Shown here one piece after another: positions 55,225-64,000 of a DNA stretch of 64,000 nucleotides. The stretch covers positions 12,338,001-12,402,000 of the forward strand of contig JBHGNT010000021.1 of the NCBI GenBank assembly GCA_043228905.1, written 5' to 3'. The notes beneath the pieces were generated by a model. The model was given only the letters and a program-made list of their open reading frames with translations, was not told where the DNA came from and did not search any database. Origin of the DNA: Azolla caroliniana (lineage: Eukaryota > Plantae > Polypodiophyta). Both the position numbers and the translations under genes were made by a program. The stretch's first letter is position 1. Each line of letters starts with the position of its first letter.

Positions 55225-58200
55225 TATAAAGAATCGGGTATGATTCTTGTGTAGCGGAAGAGATGTGTGTTATGTGTATGTGTGAGAGGAAAGAGAGAAG
55301 AGAAGAGAAATGCAAGATAGATTAGATAGAATGGGAACCCAATGAAGTACTAAAGAAGAAGATGTATATTCACAAGTAAAGTAAGAGATACAAAAATGTA
55401 GTATTACAAGGAGTCACAACCAACGTTTTATGAAGTAGGAGAAGGGTGCTTTATATAAGGTCACCCTCTCTCTTCATTAACTCACTACAACAACAACTCT
55501 CTCTTGGGGAATGTGAAGACTCATAGTCATGGGGAATATGTAACTCATTAGTTATGTGTCATAGAATATGATTCTATAACACATAGTTAATGTGTAAAGA
55601 GTAGTGGTGTGACTCTTGACCTTTGAGTAATCATAGATTCTCAAAAGGTGTGTTCACACGTTGCACTATGTTGAGCTTGATTCTCAACACACCCCAGCTC
55701 AATTCGGGTCGGTTCCTTTCGATTGATGTTTGCTTCGGCTGGTATCCGGTTCAGACGATCTTTGGTGTCCGTTTCGGCTTGTACCTGGTTCGGACGGTAT
55801 CCAATTCTCGCTTGTACTCCCCCTCAAGCTTGGCAAGTGAAGGATCGTCAATCCAAGGTCTAACATGAATTGCCGAAGCTTGTCAGCTCCTAAGGCCGTG
55901 GTGAAGATGTCGACTGTCTGAAGATTCGTGTTGACGTGTAGAAGATCGACATCTCCGGCATGAACATGCTCTCGAATGAAGTGGTAGTGCACTTCGATAT
56001 GCTTTGTGCGTGCGTGGAACGCTGGGTTCCGAGCCAGATATATATTGGTCATGTTGTCGTAGTAAATGGGAGTCGGATCCTTGATGGGAATGCCTGGAGA
56101 TCCTTCAAAATCCTCTTGAGTCATACGACTTCACATGTAGCTATGACTACACCCCTGTATTCGGCCTCGGTACTCGAAAGTGCGACGGTAGGATGCTTCT
56201 TACTACTCCAAGATATTGTTCCGCTACCAAGTGAGAAGACAAATCCGGAGGTCAATTGTCGATCAGCTTTGTGGCCGGCCCAATCGACATTTGTGTACCC
56301 TTCAAGTCGAACTGGCGTGGCCGATGCGTAGTGAATGTCGTAATCCATTGTGCCGCTCGTGTATCGTAATACTCTCTTAGCGCAATTGAAATGGATATCT
56401 CGTGGAGTTTGCATGAATTGGCTAAGGAGGCCGACCGGATAGTTGAGGTCGGGTTGAGTGATCGTGATATAGATGAGCCTCCCAATCAGTTGACAATATT
56501 GAGTCGTCTCGCACTCGTTTATGCCGGAATCACCATCTATTTTGAGGTTTCGATCGAGAGGGGTTGCCAAAGATTTGCACTCAACCATTCCAAATATAAC
56601 AAGTTGAGGATGTAGTGTCGTTGAGAGATCATAATGCCGGTTGGAATCCGAATTACTTCGATTCCAAGGAAGTAATGGAGCTCCTTCATGTCTGTCATCT
56701 CGAATTTGCTAGAGAGGAGGAACTTGACCTTGTTGATGTCGACTAAATGCTCACCTCCAATAACCAGATCATCCACGTATAAAAGGATGACAATCGAACT
56801 TCCCGAATTGCTTCTTGTGTAGAGGGAGTTGTCGGATTTCGACATTTGAAAGCCAATTCGATAAAGATATTGTGTTATCTTCGAGTGCTAAGCACGCGGT
56901 GCTTGCTTAGAGAGGCTTCTTGAGTCGATAGAAGGCTTTTGGATGAATGTTGGATTTGAAACCTAGTGGTTGCACCATGTACACCTCCTCTTCTAATTCG
57001 CCTTGAAGGAAGACTTTCTTTACGTCCATTTGATGGAGGTGCCACCCTTTCGCCATTGCAAGTGTAATTACGGTCCGCACAATTGTCATCATTGCCACCG
57101 GGGCAAAGGTCTCTTTATAGTCGATTCCATGTGTTTCTGCGTATCCTTTCGCTACGAGTCTAGCTTTGTAGCGTTTACAGAGTCGTCGGCGTTATACTTC
57201 ATCTTGTAGATCCATCTACAGCCGATCACCTTCTTGTGCGGTGAGTGGGGGAAATCCCAAGTCTTGTTTTTGGAGAGTGCTTGCATCTCCTCATTCATCG
57301 CTTCAACACATCTGGGGTCCTTCGCGGATTGGGAAAATGTTTCCGACCCCGTACTGTTGCTACCTTCATCATAAAGGCGTAATGGTATGCCTTATACTCA
57401 TCGTAGCCGAATTGGCTTACTAGGTTCTTTTCTCGGGTGGATCGACATAGCTTCTCATTTGCAGAGACTAATGCTTTCTTCGCTCCATGTGTTCCAGTCG
57501 ATATCCATCTTCTATCTCTTGTTCGACGGATTCCGGGTTGACCGGAAATTGTTCGGGAGGATTTGGCTTGGGTTCGTACCATGATGTTGATTCGTCAAAG
57601 ACTACATTTCGGCTTACACGAACCTTCTGAGTAGAGGGGTTATAGCACTTGTACCCCTTTTGCTCCAGTGAGTATCCCATGAGGATACACTTCTCCAACT
57701 TCGGGTCGAGCTTTTGTTGCTTCTCGTCGGGGATGTGCATGTATGCAATGGAGCCGAATATCCGAACATGTGATAGGTCCAACTTCTTTCTGGAAAACGT
57801 CTCATGCGGGGTAACCTCATGCATGTCGGATGTTGTACACCGAATCATTAGGTAGACGACTATGTTCGTGGCTTCTGCCCAGTACAACTTCGGTAGGTGC
57901 TTTTCATTCATCATGGTCCATGCTACTTCGAGGATTTGCCGATTCTTTCGTTTGGCTACTCCGATCTATTGTGGTGTATGTCGACACTAAAACTCTCCTC
58001 GAATTCCTTCTTTCTAGAGAAATGGTGAAAATTAGTCAGTCTAAGTACTCTTTTCCTCCATCCGACCAAAGACATTGTACATGTCGGCCTATTTCCTTTT
58101 TGACTCCACTCTTGAATTTTTGGAAGTGTCCAAACATTTCGCTCTTTTGCCGCATGGGTTAGATCTACCTAGAGAAGTCGTCAATGAAGGCCACGTAGTA

Positions 58201-60390
58201 TCGGTCCGTTGAATGTCATTGTTTGAGCCGCCCCCCATACATCGGAATGAATTACATCGAGTACGCCTTTGCACACGTTCCTCCCCTTCGGAAATGGGTG
58301 CCGATGTTGCTTGCCGAATTGGCAAGCGGCACACACGTCATCAATCTCCTTCTCTTTGAATTTCGGGACCCCGATAACGACTCCTTTCGATTGCATCGCC
58401 TTAAGCTTTTGAAAGTTGATATGGCCAATCTGCTTGTGCCATAATTCTATGTCAGAGTCGGCTTTCATGCCTTTTGCGAACATGGCTGATTTCATCTTGT
58501 GCGAGTCGAGAATTAACATTCGGCCCTCTCTTCGTCCACGAGCGATGAGTCGGCCCTCTTTTTCGATGAAGCAATTGTCTTGATTAAATCGTACTTGCAT
58601 CCCTTGCTCAACAATTGGGCCGACGGAGACCAAATTCTTTATAATGGTTGGTACATGCAAGACATTCTTAATAAAAGTTTGGTTACCTTCTTTGTCAAAT
58701 GAGACATTGCCAATGTGTCAAATTGGATGCGTAGTGTCATCTCCAGTTTTGACATAGCTGGGTCGGTTTTGCTCTTGAAGTTCTCAGAATCATTCTTGAT
58801 GAGACGGCATATGGTTTGAGACACCGAAGTTGACGAACCATACGACTTTCGGACTAGATGTGTGATTTGAAGTAGAAGCCAACATAGAATTTGCTCTATG
58901 TCTCATCACAAACATTCCGCCACGATCGGAGTTGGTGGCGTAATTGTTGAGTTGTCGGCTAGTGGAAGTTGACTCGCGCATCTTCTTACGACACTCTTCT
59001 TCGTGGTGGTCGATTTTGCCGCAATATCCGCATTTGATTGAGTTTTGTCGGCTCATATCGGAGTGGAAGCTCCCCCTTCTCCCTAGGTTCCTCGATGGTT
59101 TCCGTCTTCTTGCCGAAATTGTGAGTTGTTTTCGTAAGTCGGGCCTCGTCCGCCTCGCCCTTGGCCGAATTGGCCTCTTGCTCAGCCGCATCGTCCTCTT
59201 CCTCCGTTCGAATGCGTGTTGACCATGTGGCCTTCCGAGGCATTGCTCCTTGTTCGAACATGGTTTTCTTCAACCAACAACATGGATTGAAGAACGAAGA
59301 AAGAGGGAGGATTCTCCCATTATAGTACGACGGTCCTCATCGCGCCAAACCATGGTGCAAGGCTGCTGAGGCATATTTGCACCATTTCATCATCCTCCAC
59401 GTTGACGCTTATAGAGCTGAGTGCATCACAAAGCTCCTTGATCTCCAAAGTGTAGCTTGTGATGGACATATCCCTTTGTTGGATATTATTCAACTCTTGG
59501 CGGAGTTGACGCTTTCTCGCGGTTGTGTTGGCAGCGAAAATCTTTCGTAGATTCTCCCACAATTCCTTCGGTATCTCGGCTTCTCGAATGTAGCCGAGCA
59601 TGTGGTTGTGAACAACTCACTCCATTTGTCGTCGGGCAATACATTACTCGACTCACCGCTTGCTCCCATGTTGAGTAGTTGGCATCCTTCGGGTCGGGTC
59701 GATTTTCTTGTGCTCCTTTGATGTAGCTCCAATAGCCTTCGCCGACAAGGTATTGGTGCATCTTGTACTCCCAAGATGCAAAGTTGTTTCAATCCAACTT
59801 CTTGCCAGGGAGAGCGCTCCCCATTTGAGCATTCATTGTCAATGAAGCTTTCATTATTCTTTTCCATCGCTCTCAAACACGAGCTATGTAGTCGTATTAC
59901 GATAGCGATGAACTGGTTCTTTTCGAACGTCGGCGTAGAACATAACACACACGGATGAGCTAGATCGAGCTACCGACCTCACTCTGATACCATTTAAAGA
60001 ATCGGGTATGATTCTTGTGTAGCGGAAGAGATATGTGTTATGTGTATGTGTGAGAGGAAAGAGAGAAAAGAAGAGAAACACAAGATAGATTAGATAGAAT
60101 GGGAACACAATGAAGTACTCAAGAAGAAGATGTATATTCACAAGTAAAGTAAGAGATACAAAAATGTAGTATTACAAGGAGTCACAACCAACGTTTTATA
60201 AAGTAGGAAAAGGGTGCTTTATATAAGGTCACCCTCTCTCTTCATTAACTCACTACAACAACTACTCTCTCTTGGGGAATGTGAAGACTTATAGTAATGG
60301 GGAATATGTAACTCATTAGTTATGTGTCATATGATTCTATGACACATAATTAATGTGTAGAGAGTAGTGGTGTGATTCTTGACCTTTGAG
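55225..60390 (-). mobile_element. Copia element K (decayed, same family as I)
   Basis: LTRs 55225-55689 and 59993-60390 (truncated); PBS tggtatcagagt 59981-59992; gag, CGYCGKIDHHEEEC, integrase, RT YVDDL and RNase H fragments. Confidence 0.9.
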
Positions 60391-61340
60391 AGAAGTTTTA
60401 CAAGCATTATGGAGCATGTGGACATCCATGTACCTATTTTAGCCTTTGTATGTATCCCTCCTAGTGATTCTTGTTAATATTATGGACTTTATGGAAACAA
60501 ACTCCCATGGTATGATCCAAATCTTTCAGTAATAAAGTTGGTACAGATCTTGTTAGAATTATTAAAGTTTGTTGGAACTTGGCATAGGTCCGTTTGGGAT
60601 TATTAATGTTCAACACCAATGCTCTCTATAGTGAGCCACTTGCATAATCTTTGGCCATGATAGTGTGCAACTTGTGGGCAATATGTTTAATGTAATGAGC
60701 TATGTATACTTGAGTATTTGGAGTGAGTCAAATGAAGCATTAGATCAACAAGATATCTCTGTGGAGCCTAGAGCGTGGTTAATTCGAGTTCTCTCAGCAT
60801 GGCTTGTTGGCTGTCAAATAGGAGAGACTAACACTTGTAAATATAGCTAGACACATCTCTAATCATAATTCTAAGAACCTAGAGAATGGTCCAAATCCCT
60901 CAATTATTAGACAATGCAAACTCGTTCTCAGATCTCATAGTAAATTGTGCATCAGTGAATGCCGTGGTTTTGAAACATTGGCGTTGCTATGGCATAACTC
61001 ACAGGTCATATCCTGTGCTTGAGAGAAAACCCTAAACTGACTTGTATGTATCTTCAACTGATGTAATGAGGTGATGTGATGATATGGAGGTGGTCTTGAT
61101 AGAAAGGCCATTTTAGTGGACGAGATCAAAATTGGAGAACATATATTGAGAGAATATACATTCTGTAACATTGTAGAGTACATCAAATTTGAAATATATG
61201 TACACTTCTGGGGAAATGAACATTTGATATATTAACATATGTTCATCAGAATAGGAAAACCATCTTTCCATTATTTTTTATTTATTTATTACAATGGGGT
61301 ATACATAATGAATCGCTCAGGTGAAGAAGCAATATTTTCC

Positions 61341-62603
61341 TTACACAGCCCCACTTGAAATAAAATGCAGTAGTAATGACACTAGACAACCAAGAAACCC
61401 ACCAGCGGTCACCTTTTGAAATAAGAACAATCATCACATGTCTCAGAATATTCAAGAGTACTTGGCAATCTGTTATCATAAAGATGTTGAAGTTTATATA
61501 ACTTGTTTACCTGCAAGGGAGTATGGCCGAGGAGCTCCCGTAGGGGCGTTGAGTCTGATAGCGGATGATCCGGAGGTAAGTCTATGACTATTTGATTTAG
61601 AACCTGTAGAAAGATGTATTGATCCAACAAGTAAGGGATATACACATTTGTTCATTGATACAAAAAACATGTTATAAGCAAGAAAACTCTAGGTCTATGA
61701 CTATGTTGACTTAGAATTACTATGGTATAATACATTAAGAACCTCAACATTAGGAAAAAGAAAGGATATGGCTATCTGTTGTTGTGTCAATGTATGTTCA
61801 TCTGTACATATACTCGTAGCAACTGTTACAAAAAACAAAGCTGAAAACACTTGTTTCAAACACTAGGGATGAGATATTTTGTCATCGCCAATATCATGTA
61901 CATTCATGAGCAACTTGCATGATTTAGTGATAATGCATAGTTTTCATCAATGTTAAAGTGATATAAGGGCCTCAAAATCCCATACAAATTGGCTGCTGAA
62001 ATCCAAAGGATGATTAAAGGCACTAGATCTATCAAGTCAAAGAGCCTGAATCCACCAGAAGGATCTGAATTTTCATGAAGAGTTAAAAATGTCATCGACA
62101 CAATTGGATGTCTCCAACTCTCAAAGAGAACTTGAAATTTGAAAACATTATTAGCATGCTTGCAACAACATACCCACACATTCAAAGAAGTAAGCATATT
62201 CTAAAAGAGTTCTACCTCTGCCTGTTGACCTGCTTGAAATCTCACCCCTGACGCATCATACATCACCTGCATGTGTCAAGTTTCAGTCCATCAAAAAACT
62301 TTTTCGTTTTTGTTTCCATCTTCACAAATTTCTGTAAGTAGCGTTATTTCTCTTAGTGGGGAAAATTCTGTAAGCATTTCATCTTCTCTTAGCGTGTCAT
62401 ACTTCCTAACCATTAAAACAAACAAACACATCACAAGAATGATTACCACAATTGCCAACACCATTGCAATGGCAAAGAGAGAGCTCTCCGGACCCTCTTT
62501 CAAGCAAATTGAAGCTGCAAGTCCCATAACCGTCGCCGCGTGGGATGATGGCATACCACCAGAACCCATGAGTCTCTTTACATCCCAATGTTTCTCTTTA
62601 TAC
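61341..62603 (-). CDS. DUF212 acid phosphatase/vanadium-dependent haloperoxidase-related (YuiD-like) protein, last 4 coding exons; 5' part not identified, probably beyond the window
   Basis: Exons 62447-62603, 62216-62266, 61511-61603, 61341-61412 with GT-AG borders. Motifs GSGGMPSSHAATV, VMYDASGVR.QAG.QAEVLN, LRELLGHTPLQV; stop TAA at 61341. Confidence 0.9.
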
Positions 62604-64000
62604 CTGAATATTGTAACTTTTAAGCCTTGGTAAATGCATTTTAATTGGGATTAATAAAACTAGGTTTGCCATTCGTAGCAACAACCTCACAAGTATAAGG
62701 GTTCAATATTGCTAAAATGGAAGGAAGGCGGTTCAACAGATTAAGGAAAGAATAAATGTGGCCAATGCCATATCTACCAAAAACATAAGATCGTGCATCA
62801 TAAATATGAATAGTAAAAGATGAATTACACATCGTCATAAATATGAGTCCTAAAGAAAGCAATAACTCCATATTCAAAACAGTATCATGAAACATGAGTT
62901 ATAGAGATTCCCATCCAAGCCCTCATGAGCCATAAGCATTGTATATATGAAGGTGGGTTTCAACCCATGTCCAAACACTATCATAATTGATGAGGACGAG
63001 ATTCACATCCTTGTCTTTATGAGCCTTGAGCCTTGTATTATTAAAGTTTGCTGAATTGTTTGTTTCATTGAGGCTTTACTGTCCTCTGGAAGTTCCACAG
63101 ACTGGTTTTATTACCCCCATAATCGCATGATTGTGAATGCACAGCTAATGCCTGCTGTGGGTTCGCTGCCATTGCGAACCTGACAGCAGTCAATCCAACC
63201 CAACCCTCATGACTGTTACATTCTACGCTGGCAAAAACTGGGCACAAGGCGGAGAGTCTTGATCCACATCCCATCCAAACAGAGCTCATCACGGCATCAT
63301 TAATTCTCACTTGCTGTCACTGCCATCTTAACCTCTTCAACCAAACTCAGCTCATGAAAATTCTTGATCTACACAAAAGAATTTGGGCAAGGTGAACCAG
63401 AAATAGGTAGAGTCATCTCAAAAGAGGAATTCTTTGTCATATTTTCCTGATATGGATACAAGTTAATGGTAAGTAGATTGCTTGAGGCTTTATTTCCGTA
63501 ACTAAATGAAGAGAAAAAAACACCACATATTTCAATGTGGTTCTTAATACAACCAACCAACACCTTGTTGACCTCAAGGAGTCTTGCATTGGCTAGCCAA
63601 AAGAACAGAAATGCATGTGTGCATGGATACTTCCAACATCTGAAAGCAAATTGCCTGACATGATCTACATGTGTTTGTGACAAAGATAGATAATGTGGGG
63701 GCTGGATGTCTCAAGTGGTTCCATCAAATTTGTAAAATACAAGCCACGAGTCCCTCGGCATCCACTTGGATGAGGTTCCCACGCCAGATAAAGAGAATCC
63801 CATTTGACATTGAACAAACTCAGGTACAAAAAGCCAATGCCAAGGCTCTACAACCACATCATAATATATAAGTAACAACCCAAAGAACATGTGTTTCTAT
63901 CACTACTTGCATAAGAGACAGTAAAAGTTCCCAGAAACACGTATGTTTCTCTATGCTTCACCCTATCTCTTACTTTTCCAAACATTGTTTTCCTGTTTCT

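Noticed and set aside
63065-63871. Short ORFs as upstream DUF212 exons
   Set aside because: No similarity to the expected N-terminal helix (AQxxK) was seen; treated as intron.

Overview
Eukaryotic land-plant genomic DNA; a seed-free plant such as a fern is a guess from the TE repertoire and cannot be established here. Positions ~1.5-33.8 kb are a deeply nested LTR-retrotransposon island, resolved by LTR pairs, PBS/PPT motifs and target-site duplications. The nesting is Copia Z > Copia A > Copia B > {Gypsy C > non-autonomous gag-only element D; solo LTR F > near-intact Copia E}, plus three further solo LTRs. Next comes an intact six-exon ribosomal protein S6 kinase gene (34612-41789, +) whose 4.9-kb third intron holds a long inverted repeat of Copia gag sequence. 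A second nest follows (Copia I > hAT/ZNF862-like DNA transposon > short-LTR Gypsy J), then a decayed Copia K and the last four coding exons of a DUF212 (acid phosphatase/vanadium haloperoxidase-related) gene on the minus strand. The most unusual signal is the C/D pair, an autonomous tRNA-Trp-primed Gypsy and a young gag-only relative. Their largely diverged LTRs both conserve an antisense 80-nt tRNA-like Pol III cassette (A box, B box in a covarying stem, TTTT terminator), twin CGTG-GGATT-CACG hairpins and a terminal hairpin. Both have 4-bp TSDs with a central CpG, and C has a probable -1 frameshift between protease and RT. All alignments and identities were judged by eye; no database search was possible.
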